From: Laetmonice hystrix
Lineage: Eukaryota
DNA: 64,000 nucleotides
Assembly: GCA_965235115.1 (NCBI GenBank)
Contig: OZ249436.1
Coordinates: forward strand, 26,910,001-26,974,000
Reading direction: 5' to 3'
The position numbers were made by a program, and so were the translations under genes. Of this stretch, positions 49,701-62,800 are shown piece after piece. The number at the start of each line of letters is the position of its first letter. Positions within the stretch are counted from its first letter, which is position 1. The notes under the pieces were generated by a model. The model searched no databases and was not told the origin of the DNA. It saw only the letters and a program-made list of their open reading frames with translations.

Positions 49701-52700
49701 TGGCCCTCAGACATTACCCCGAACGACTGAGCCAACACGCTCCCTCTTCCCAATCCCCATGATATGGCTGAATGTCCCTCACACATTACCCCGAACCACT
49801 CAGCCAACCCCCTCCCTCTTCCCAATCCCCACGATATGGCTGACTGGCCCTTAGACATTACCCGGACCACTCAGCCAACACCCTCCCTCTTGCCAATCCC
49901 CATGATATGGTTGACTGGCCCTCAGATGTTACCCCTAACCACTCAGCCAACACCCTTCATGTTCCCAATCCCCATGATATGGCTGACTGACCCTCACTCA
50001 TTACCCCGAACCACTCAGCCAACCCCCTCCCTCTTCCCAATCCCCACGATATGGCTGACTGGCCCTTAGGCATTACCCGGACCACTCAGCCAACACCCTC
50101 CCTCTTGCCAATCCCCATGATATGGCTGACTGGCCCTCAGACATTACCCCGAACGAATGAGCCAACACGCTCCCTCTTCCCAATCCCCATGATATGGCTG
50201 AATGTCCCTCACACATTACCCCGAACCACTCAGCCAACCCCCTCCCTCTTCCCAATCCCCACGATATGGCTGACTGGCCCTTAGGCATTACCCCGAACCA
50301 CTCAGCCAACACCCTCCCTCTTCCCAATCCCCATGATATGGCTGACTGGCCCTTAGACATTACCCCGAACCACTCAGCCAACACCTTCCCCCCTCTTTCC
50401 AATCCCAATGATATGGTTGACTGGCCCTCAGATGTTACCCCTAACCACTCAGCCAACACCCTTCATGTTCCCAATCCCCATGATATGGCTGACTGGCCCT
50501 CACTCATTACCCCGAACCACTCAGCCAACACCCTCCCTCTACCCAATCCCCATGATATGGCTGACTGGCCCTTAGCCATTACCCCGAACCACTCAGCCAA
50601 CACCCCCCCTCTTCCCAATCCCCATGATATGGCTGACTGGCCCTCAGACATTACCCCGAACCACTCAGCCAACACCCTCCCTCTTCCCAATCCCCATGAT
50701 ATGGCTGACTGGCCCTCAGACATTACCCCGAACCACCCAGCCAACACCCTCCCTCTTTCCAATCCCCATGATATGGCTGACTGACCCTCAGACATTACCC
50801 CGAACCACTCAGCCAACACCCTCCCCTTCCCAATCCCATGATATGGCTGACTGGCCCTTAGACATTATCCCAAACCACCCAGCCAACACCCTCCCTCTTC
50901 CCAATCCCCATGATATGGCTGACTGTCCCTCAGACATTACCCCGAACCACTCAGCCAACACCCTTCCACTTCCCAATCCCCATGATATGGCTGACTGGCC
51001 CTTAGACATTACCCGGACCACTCAGCCAACACCCTCCATCTTGCCAATCCCCATGATATGGCTGACTGGCCCTTAGACATTATCCCAAAGCACCCAGCCA
51101 ACACCCTCCCCCCTTCCCAATCCCCATGATATGGCTGACTGGTCCTCAGACATTACCCCGAACCACAGAGCCAACACCCTCCCTCGACCCAATCCCCATG
51201 ATATGGCTGACTGGCCCTCAGACATTACCCCGAACCACTCACAGCCAACACCCTCCCTCTTCCCAATCCCCATGACATGGCTGACTGGCCCTCAGACATT
51301 ACCCCGAACCACTCAGCCAACACCCTCCCTCTTCCCAATCCCCATGATATGGCTGACTGGCCCTTAGACATTACCCCGAACCACTCAGCCAACACCTTCC
51401 CCCCTCTTTCCAATCCCAATGATATGGTTGACTGGCCCTCAGATGTTACCCCTAACCACTCAGCCAACACCCTTCATGTTCCCAATCCCCATGATATGGC
51501 TGACTGGCCCTCACTCATTACCCCGAACCACTCAGCCAACACCCTCCCTCTACCCAATCCCCATGATATGGCTGACTGGCCCTTAGCCATTACCCCGAAC
51601 CACTCAGCCAACACCCCCCCTCTTCCCAATCCCCATGATATGGCTGACTGGCCCTCAGACATTACCCCGAACCACTCAGCCAACACCCTCCCTCTTCCCA
51701 ATCCCCATGATATGGCTGACTGGCCCTCAGACATTACCCCGAACCACCCAGCCAACACCCTCCCCTTCCCAATCCCATGATATGGCTGACTGGCCCTTAG
51801 ACATTATCCCAAACCACCCAGCCAACACCCTCCCTCTTCCCAATCCCCATGATATGGCTGACTGTCCCTCAGACATTACCCCGAACCACTCAGCCAACAC
51901 CCTCCCACTTCCCAATCCCCATGATATGGCTGACTGACCCTCAGACATTACCCCGAACCACTCAGCCAACACCCTCCCCTTCCCAATCCCATGATATGGC
52001 TGACTGGCCCTTAGACATTATCCCAAACCACCCAGCCAACACCCTCCCTCTTCCCAATCCCCATGATATGGCTGACTGTCCCTCAGACATTACCCCGAAC
52101 CACTCAGCCAACACCCTTCCACTTCCCAATCCCCATGATATGGCTGACTGGCCCTTAGACATTACCCGGACCACTCAGCCAACACCCTCCATCTTGCCAA
52201 TCCCCATGATATGGCTGACTGGCCCTTAGACATTATCCCAAAGCACCCAGCCAACACCCTCCCCCCTTCCCAATCCCCATGATATGGCTGACTGGTCCTC
52301 AGACATTACCCCGAACCACAGAGCCAACACCCTCCCTCGACCCAATCCCCATGATATGGCTGACTGGCCCTCAGACATTACCCCGAACCACTCACAGCCA
52401 ACACCCTCCCTCTTCCCAATCCCCATGACATGGCTGACTGGCCCTCAGACATTACCCCGAACCACTCAGCCAACACCCTCCCTCTTCCCAATCCCCATGA
52501 TATGGCTGACTGGCCCTTAGACATTACCCCGAACCACTCAGCCAACACCCTCCCTCTTCCCAATCCCCATGATATGGCTGACTGGCCCTTAGACATTACC
52601 CCGAACCACTCAGCCAACACCCTCCCACTTCCCAATCCCCATGATATGGCTGACTGGCCCTTAGACATTACCCCGAAACACTCAGCCAACACCTTCATCC

Positions 52701-54121
52701 CTTCACAGTCTCCATGATATGGCCGACTGGCCCTTAGACATTACCCCGAACCACTCAGCCAACACCCTCCCTCTTGCCAATCCCCACGATATGGCTGACT
52801 GGCCCTTAGACATTACCCCGAACCACTCAGCCAACACCCTCCCACTTCCCAATCCCCATGATATGGCTGACTGGCCCTTAGACATTACCCCGAAACACTC
52901 AGCCAACACCTTCATCCCTTCACAGTCTCCATGATATGGCCGACTGGCCCTTAGACATTACCCCGAACCACTTAGCCAACACCCTCCCTCTTGCCAATCC
53001 CCATGATATGGCTGACTGGCCCTTAGACATTACCCCGAACCACTCAGCCAATACCTTCATCCCTTCACAATCTCCATGATATGGCCGACTGGCCCTTAGA
53101 CATTACCCCGAACCACTCAGCCAACACCCTCCCTCTTCCCAATCCCCATGATATGGCTGACTGGCCCTCAGACATTACCCCGAACGACTGAGCCAACACG
53201 CTCCCTCTTCCCAGTCCCCATGATATGGCTGAATGTCCCTCACACATTACCCGGACCACTCAGCCAACACCCTCCCTCTTGCCAATCCCCATGATATGGC
53301 TGACTGGCCCTCAGACATTACCCCGAACGACTGAGCCAACACGCTCCCTCTTCCCAATCCCCATGATATGGCTGAATGTCCCTCACACATTACCCCGAAC
53401 CACTCAGCCAACCCCCTCCCTCTTCCCAATCCCCACGATATGGCTGACTGGCCCTTAGGCATTACCCGGACCACTCAGCCAACACCCTCCCTCTTGCCAA
53501 TCCCCATGATATGGCTGACTGGCCCTTAGACATTACCCCGAACCACTCAGCCAACACCTTCCCCCCTCTTTCCAATCCCAATGATATGGTTGACTGGCCC
53601 GCAGATGTTACCCCTAACCACTCAGCCAACACCCTTCATGTTCCCAATCCCCATGATATGGCTGACTGGCCCTCACTCACTACCCCGAACCACTCAGCCA
53701 ACACCCTCCCTCTTCCCAATCCCCATGATATGGCTGACTGGCCCTTAGACATTACCCCGAACCACTCAGCCAACACCCTCCCTCTTCCCAATCCCCAAGA
53801 TATGGCTGACTGGCCCTCAGACATTACTCCGAACCACCCACCCAACACCCTCCCTCTTTCCAATCCCCATGATATGGCTGACTGACCCCCAGACATTACC
53901 CCGAACCACTCAGCCAACACCCTCCCCCTTCCCAATCCCCATGATATGGCTGACTGGCCCTTAGACATTATCCCAAACCACCCAGCCAACACCCTCCCTC
54001 TTCCCAATCCCCATGATATGGCTGACTGTCCCTCAGACATTACCCCGAACCACTCAGCCAACACCCTCCCTCTTCCCAATCCCCATGATATGGCTGACTG
54101 GACCACAGACATTACCCCGAA

Positions 54122-54583
54122 TAGCCGGGTCCCCAGCTCTATATTAACTTCGTATATAGAGCCTGGCGTAGGCCAATCGAAGCGAGCATTGTGATTGGCC
54201 CATCGAAAACATGGACGCCAACGAGGTATAGTTCCGTACCCTCCGTATTTCTCCAACAAGACACAAATATTTTCATCAATCCCTTTAAAATACAAGTGTT
54301 AAATGTCCTCGCTTTTCTGGATGTAAACATAGCGTCAGCAGTCCCACCACCTGCTACGGTCTGCATACGCAGGGGCATGTTGCTATTGTTGGCCACTCCC
54401 GGCCACGCTCCAAGCAGAAGTCAATCACTCTGTTAACGCTGACCAACGGACCGGAGGCGGAAGTGATTAGCTCCGAGGCGGAAGTGCTTGGAGATCACCA
54501 CTTCCGTTTTACAGCTTTCTGTTAGCCATCACCGGGCCTAACATCAAGCGGATGCGTATGGTAAGGCGGCGGGGACCAGGCTA
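54122..54583. mobile_element. 462-bp non-autonomous DNA transposon with TAG...CTA ends and 9-bp TSD (AcademH-like or MULE-like)
   Basis: TIR tagccgggtcccc / ggggaccaggcta; TSD taccccgaa at 54113-54121 and 54584-54592, splitting a satellite monomer. Confidence 0.88.
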
Positions 54584-54749
54584 TACCCCGAACAACTCAA
54601 CCAACACCCTCCCTCTTCCCAATCCCCATGATATGGCTGACTGGCCCTTAGACATTACCCCCGAACCACTCAGCCAACACCTTCCCCTCTTCCTAATCCC
54701 CATGATACGGCTGTCTGGCCCTAAGACATTCCCTCAAACCACTCAACCA

Positions 54750-55120
54750 AATTCATCATTGTTGATTTTTACTATAGTCATTCAGTTACAACAAGACAAG
54801 AATTATATGTGTGCAGGGGTGGCGTCGTGACACAGTGCAGATATTTCATCTGAAGGGTCAACTCCCACAAACTTTTTTTCACTGTTTTCTTTTGTGATTT
54901 TTTGGGTATTTTTCCCCTTTTCTTCTATACTACCACCTCCAACCACCCAGAGTGACGCTCCAGTACAGCGAAATCAAATTAACCTTGATATAAACACCCA
55001 GCAGACATATCTCAGTACTGCGACATCCATTACCCACAAACTTTTGTTTCATTTTTTTCTCTTTTGATTTTTTGGGGCTATTTTTCGTTTTTCTTCTATA
55101 CTACCACCTCCAACCAATCC
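54750..55120. other. Non-satellite spacer of the macro-repeat (second copy at about 60014-60384)
   Basis: AT-rich unique sequence with an internal diverged direct repeat cccacaaactttt...cttctatactaccacctccaacca (~54864 and ~55033). Confidence 0.85.
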
Positions 55121-58100
55121 TATATCCCCCTTCCCAATCCCTGACATGACTGATTGGTCTTCAGACATTCCCTCCAAACACTTAGCCGACATCTCATCCC
55201 CTTCCCAATCCACATGCTGTGGCTGTCTGGCCCTCAGACATTACCTCTAACCACACAACCAACACCTTCCCCACACTCACTCCCACAGGGTGATGAAACG
55301 AATGGGGCCTATTGTGACCCGGGCCCCAAGGGGAATGACAATGATCATAAATGATGATAAGATGACTCGATTTCCCAACCCCTATAATATGGCTAACTGG
55401 CCGTGTGACGTTAACCCTAACCACTCAGCCAACACCTTCCCCCCTCTTTCCAATCCCAATGATATGGTTGACTGGCCCTCAGATGTTACCCCTAACCACT
55501 CAGCCAACACCCTTCATGTTCCCAATCCCCATGATATGGCTGACTGGCCCTCACTCATTACCCCGAACCACTCAGCCAACACCCTCCCTCTACCCAATCC
55601 CCATGATATGGCTGACTGGCCCTTAGACATTACCCCGAACCACTCAACCAACACCCTCCCTCTTCCCAATCCCCATGATATGGCTGACTGGCCCTCAGAC
55701 ATTACCCCGAACCACTCAGCCAACACCCTCCCTCTTCCCAATCCCCATGATATGGCTGACTGGCCCTCAGACATTACCCCGCACCACCCAGCCAACACCC
55801 TCCCTCTTTCCAATCCCCAGGATATGGCTGACTGACCCTCAGACATTACCCCGAACCACTCAGCCAACACCCTCCCCCTTCCCAATCCCCATGATATGGC
55901 TGACTGGCCCTTAGACATTACCCCGAACCACTCAGCCAACACCCTCCCTCTTCCCAATCCCCATGATATGGCTGACTGGCCCTCAGACATTACCCCGAAC
56001 CACCCAGCCAACACCCTCCCTCTTTCCAATCCCCATGATATGGCTGACTGACCCTCAGACATTACCCCGAACCACTCAGCCAACACCCTCCCCTTCCCAA
56101 TCCCATGATATGGCTGACTGGCCCTTAGACATTATCCCAAACCACCCAGCCAACACCCTCCCTCTTCCCAATCCCCATGATATGGCTGACTGTCCCTCAG
56201 ACATTACCCCGAACCACTCAGCCAACACCCTCCCACTTCCCAATCCCCATAATATGGCTGACTGACCCTCAGACATTACCCCGAACCACTCAGCCAACAC
56301 CCTCCCCTTCCCAATCCCATGATATGGCTGACTGGCCCTTAGACATTATCCCAAACCACCCAGCCAACACCCTCCCTCTTCCCAATCCCCATGATATGGC
56401 TGACTGTCCCTCAGACATTACCCCGAACCACTCAGCCAACACCCTTCCACTTCCCAATCCCCATGATATGGCTGACTGGCCCTTAGACATTACCCGGACC
56501 ACTCAGCCAACACCCTCCATCTTGCCAATCCCCATGATATGGCTGACTGGCCCTTAGACATTATCCCAAAGCACCCAGCCAACACCCTCCCCCCTTCCCA
56601 ATCCCCATGATATGGCTGACTGGTCCTCAGACATTACCCCGAACCACAGAGCCAACACCCTCCCTCGACCCAATCCCCATGATATGGCTGACTGGCCCTC
56701 AGACATTACCCCGAACCACTCACAGCCAACACCCTCCCTCTTCCCAATCCCCATGACATGGCTGACTGGCCCTCAGACATTACCCCGAACCACTCAGCCA
56801 ACACCCTCCCTCTTCCCAATCCCCATGATATGGCTGACTGGCCCTTAGACATTACCCCGAACCACTCAGCCAACACCTTCCCCCCTCTTTCCAATCCCAA
56901 TGATATGGTTGACTGGCCCTCAGATGTTACCCCTAACCACTCAGCCAACACCCTTCATGTTCCCAATCCCCATGATATGGCTGACTGGCCCTCACTCATT
57001 ACCCCGAACCACTCAGCCAACACCCTCCCTCTACCCAATCCCCATGATATGGCTGACTGGCCCTTAGCCATTACCCCGAACCACTCAGCCAACACCCCCC
57101 CTCTTCCCAATCCCCATGATATGGCTGACTGGCCCTCAGACATTACCCCGAACCACTCAGCCAACACCCTCCCTCTTCCCAATCCCCATGATATGGCTGA
57201 CTGGCCCTCAGACATTACCCCGAACCACCCAGCCAACACCCTCCCCTTCCCAATCCCATGATATGGCTGACTGGCCCTTAGACATTATCCCAAACCACCC
57301 AGCCAACACCCTCCCTCTTCCCAATCCCCATGATATGGCTGACTGTCCCTCAGACATTACCCCGAACCACTCAGCCAACACCCTCCCACTTCCCAATCCC
57401 CATGATATGGCTGACTGACCCTCAGACATTACCCCGAACCACTCAGCCAACACCCTCCCCTTCCCAATCCCATGATATGGCTGACTGGCCCTTAGACATT
57501 ATCCCAAACCACCCAGCCAACACCCTCCCTCTTCCCAATCCCCATGATATGGCTGACTGTCCCTCAGACATTACCCCGAACCACTCAGCCAACACCCTTC
57601 CACTTCCCAATCCCCATGATATGGCTGACTGGCCCTTAGACATTACCCGGACCACTCAGCCAACACCCTCCATCTTGCCAATCCCCATGATATGGCTGAC
57701 TGGCCCTTAGACATTATCCCAAAGCACCCAGCCAACACCCCCCCCCCTTCCCAATCCCCATGATATGGCTGACTGGTCCTCAGACATTACCCCGAACCAC
57801 AGAGCCAACACCCTCCCTCGACCCAATCCCCATGATATGGCTGACTGGCCCTCAGACATTACCCCGAACCACTCACAGCCAACACCCTCCCTCTTCCCAA
57901 TCCCCATGACATGGCTGACTGGCCCTCAGACATTACCCCGAACCACTCAGCCAACACCCTCCCTCTTCCCAATCCCCATGATATGGCTGACTGGCCCTTA
58001 GACATTACCCCGAACCACTCAGCCAACACCCTCCCACTTCCCAATCCCCATGATATGGCTGACTGGCCCTTAGACATTACCCCGAAACACTCAGCCAACA

Positions 58101-59385
58101 CCTTCATCCCTTCACAGTCTCCATGATATGGCCGACTGGCCCTTAGACATTACCCCGAACCACTTAGCCAACACCCTCCCTCTTGCCAATCCCCATGATA
58201 TGGCTGACTGGCCCTTAGACATTACCCCGAACCACTCAGCCAATACCTTCATCCCTTCACAATCTCCATGATATGGCCGACTGGCCCTTAGACATTACCC
58301 CGAACCACTCAGCCAACACCCTCCCTCTTCCCAATCCCCATGATATGGCTGACTGGCCCTCAGACATTACCCCGAACGACTGAGCCAACACGCTCCCTCT
58401 TCCCAATCCCCATGATATGGCTGAATGTCCCTCACACATTACCCGGACCACTCAGCCAACACCCTCCCTCTTGCCAATCCCCATGATATGGCTGACTGGC
58501 CCTCAGACATTACCCCGAACGACTGAGCCAACACGCTCCCTCTTCCCAATCCCCATGATATGGCTGAATGTCCCTCACACATTACCCCGAACCACTTAGC
58601 CAACCCCCTCCCTCTTCCCAATCCCCACGATATGGCTGACTGGCCCTTAGGCATTACCCGGACCACTCAGCCAACACCCTCCCTCTTGCCAATCCCCATG
58701 ATATGGCTGACTGGCCCTTAGACATTACCCCGAACCACTCAGCCAACACCTTCCCCCCTCTTTCCAATCCCAATGATATGGTTGACTGGCCCGCAGATGT
58801 TACCCCTAACCACTCAGCCAACACCCTTCATGTTCCCAATCCCCATGATATGGCTGACTGGCCCTCACTCACTACCCCGAACCACTCAGCCAACACCCTC
58901 CCTCTACCCAATCCCCATGATATGGCTGACTGGCCCTTAGACATTACCCCGAACCACTCAGCCAACACCCTCCCTCTTCCCAATCCCCATGATATGGCTG
59001 ACTGGCCCTTAGACATTACCCCGAACCACTCAGCCAACACCCTCCCTCTTCCCAATCCCCAAGATATGGCTTACTGGCCCTCAGACATTACTCCGAACCA
59101 CCCACCCAACACCCTCCCTCTTTCCAATCCCCATGATATGGCTGACTGACCCCCAGACATTACCCCGAACCACTCAGCCAACACCCTCCCCCTTCCCAAT
59201 CCCCATGATATGGCTGACTGGCCCTTAGACATTATCCCAAACCACCCAGCCAACACCCTCCCTCTTCCCAATCCCCATGATATGGCTGACTGTCCCTCAG
59301 ACATTACCCCGAACCACTCAGCCAACACCCTCCCTCTTCCCAATCCCCATGATATGGCTGACTGGACCACAGACATTACCCCGAA

Positions 59386-59847
59386 TAGCCGGGTCCCCAG
59401 CTCTATATTAACTTCGTATATAGAGCCTGGCGTAGGCCAATCGAAGCGAGCATTGTGATTGGCCCATCGAAAACATGGACGCAAACGAGGTATAGTTCCG
59501 TACCCTCCGTATTTCTCCAACAAGACACAAATATTTTCATCAATCCCTTTAAAATACAAGTGTTAAATGTCCTCGCTTTTCTGGATGTAAACATAGCGTC
59601 AGCAGTCCCACCACCTGCTACGGTCTGCATACGCAGGGGCATGTTGCTATTGTTGGCCACTCCCGGCCACGCTCCAAGCAGAAGTCAATCACTCTGTTAA
59701 CGCTGACCAACGGACCGGAGGCGGAAGTGATTAGCTCCGAGGCGGAAGTGCTTGGAGATCACCACTTCCGTTTTACAGCTTTCTGTTAGCCATCACCGGG
59801 CCTAACATCAAGCGGATGCGTATGGTAAGGCGGCGGGGACCAGGCTA
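59386..59847. mobile_element. Second copy of the 462-bp TAG...CTA element
   Basis: Same TIRs, same TSD taccccgaa and same host monomer variant; offset 5264 from the first copy; one substitution noticed (acgccaac vs acgcaaac). Confidence 0.88.
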
Positions 59848-62800
59848 TACCCCGAACAACTCAACCAACACCCTCCCTCTTCCCAATCCCCATGATATGG
59901 CTGACTGGCCCTTAGACATTACCCCCGAACCACTCAGCCAACACCTTCCCCTCTTCCTAATCCCCATGATACGGCTGTCTGGCCCTAAGACATTCCCTCA
60001 AACCACTCAACCAAATTCATCATTGTTGATTTTTACTATAGTCATTCAGTTACAACAAGACAAGAATTATATGTGTGCAGGGGTGGCGTCGTGACACAGT
60101 GCAGATATTTCATCTGAAGGGTCAACTCCCACAAACTTTTTTTCACTGTTTTCTTTTGTGATTTTTTGGGTATTTTTCCCCTTTTCTTCTATACTACCAC
60201 CTCCAACCACCCAGAGTGACGCTCCAGTACAGCGAAATCAAATTAACCTTGATATAAACACCCAGCAGACATATCTCAGTACTGCGACATCCATTACCCA
60301 CAAACTTTTGTTTCATTTTTTTCTCTTTTGATTTTTTGGGGCTATTTTTCGTTTTTCTTCTATACTACCACCTCCAACCAATCCTATATCCCCCTTCCCA
60401 ATCCCTGACATGACTGATTGGTCTTCAGACATTCCCTCCAAACACTTAGCCGACATCTCATCCCCTTCCCAATCCACATGCTGTGGCTGTCTGGCCCTCA
60501 GACATTACCTCTAACCACACAACCAACACCTTCCCCACACTCACTCCCACAGGGTGATGAAACGAATGGGGCCTATTGTGACCCGGGCCCCAAGGGGAAT
60601 GACAATGATCATAAATGATGATAAGATGACTCGATTTCCCAACCCCTATAATATGGCTAACTGGCCGTGTGACGTTAACCCTAACCACTCAGCCAACACC
60701 TTCCCCCCTCTTTCCAATCCCAATGATATGGTTGACTGGCCCTCAGATGTTACCCCTAACCACTCAGCCAACACCCTTCATGTTCCCAATCCCCATGATA
60801 TGGCTGACTGGCCCTCACTCATTACCCCGAACCACTCAGCCAACACCCTCCCTCTACCCAATCCCCATGATATGGCTGACTGGCCCTTAGACATTACCCC
60901 GAACCACTCAACCAACACCCTCCCTCTTCCCAATCCCCATGATATGGCTGACTGGCCCTCAGACATTACCCCGAACCACTCAGCCAACACCCTCCCTCTT
61001 CCCAATCCCCATGATATGGCTGACTGGCCCTCAGACATTACCCCGCACCACCCAGCCAACACCCTCCCTCTTTCCAATCCCCAGGATATGGCTGACTGAC
61101 CCTCAGACATTACCCCGAACCACTCAGCCAACACCCTCCCCCTTCCCAATCCCCATGATATGGCTGACTGGCCCTTAGACATTATCCCAAAGCACCCAGC
61201 CAACACCATCCCCCTTCCCAATCCCCATGATATGGCTGACTGGTCCTCAGACATTACCCCGAACCACAGAGCCAACACCCTCCCTCGACCTAATCCCCAT
61301 GATATGGCTGACTGGCCCTCAGACATTACCCCGAACCACTCACAGCCAACACCCTCCCTCTTCCCAATCCCCATGACATGGCTGACTGGCCCTCAGACAT
61401 TACCCCGAACCACTCACCCAACACCCTCCCTCTTCCCAATCCCCATGATATGGCTGACTCGCCCTTAGACATTACCCCGAACCACTCAGCCAACACCTTC
61501 ATCCCTTCACAGTCTCCATGATATGGCCGACTGGCCCTTAGACATTACCCCGAACCACTCAGCCAACACCCTCCCTCTTGCCAATCCCCATGATATGGCT
61601 GACTGGCCCTTAGACATTACCCCGAACCACTCAGCCAACACCCTCCCACTTCCCAATCCCCATGATATGGCTGACTGGCCCTTAGACATTACCCCGAAAC
61701 ACTCAGCCAACACCTTCATCCCTTCACAATCTCCATGATATGGCCGACTGGCCCTTAGACATTACCCCGAACCACTCAGCCAACACCCTCCCTCTTGCCA
61801 ATCCCCATGATATGGCTGACCGGCCCTTAGACATTACCCCGAACCACTCAGCCAACACCCTCCCTCTTGCCAATCCCCATGATATGGCTGACTGGCCCTT
61901 AGACATTACCCCGAACCACTCAGCCAACACCTTCCCTCTTCCCAATCCCCATGATATGGCTGACTGGCCCTCAGACATTACCCCGAACCACTCAGCCAAC
62001 AGCCTCCCCCTTCCCAATCCCCATGATATGGCTGACTGGCCCTTAGACATTACCCCGAACCACCCAGCCAACACCCTCCCTCTTCCCAATCCCCATGATA
62101 TGGCTGACTGGCCCTCAGACATTACCCCGAACCACTCAGCCAACACGCTCCTTCTTCCCAATCCCCATGATATGGCTGAATGTCCCTCACACATTACCCC
62201 GAACCACTCAGCCAACCCCCTCCCTCTTCCCAATCCCCACGATATGGCTGACTGGCCCTTAGACATTACCCGGACCACTCAGCCAACACCCTCCCTCTTG
62301 CCAATCCCCATGATATGGCTGACTGGCCCTTAGACATTACCCCGAACCACTCAGCCAACACCTTCCCCCCTTTTTCCAATCCCAATGATATGGTTGACAG
62401 GCCCTGAGATGTTACCCCTAACCACTCAGCCAACATCCTCCCTCTTCCCAATCCCCATGATATGGCTGACTGGCCCTCAGACATTACCCCGAACCACTCA
62501 GCCAACACCCTCCCCTTCCCAATTCCATGATATGGCTGACTGGCCCTTAGACATTATCCCAAACCACCCAGCCAACACCCTCCCTCTTCCCAATCCCCAT
62601 GATATGGCTGACTGGCCCTCACTCATTACCCCGAACCACTGAGCCAACACTCTCCCCCTTCCCAATCCCATGATATGGCTGACTGGCCCTCAGACATTAC
62701 CCCGAACGACTGAGCCAACACGCTCCCTCTTCCCAATCCCCATGATATGGCTGAATGTCCCTCACACATTACCCCGAACCACTCAGCCAACCCCCTCCCT

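Noticed and set aside
54816..54880. tRNA/SINE-like A and B boxes followed by a T-run in the macro-repeat spacer
   Set aside because: Both boxes mismatch the consensus, their spacing is too short, and no cloverleaf forms.
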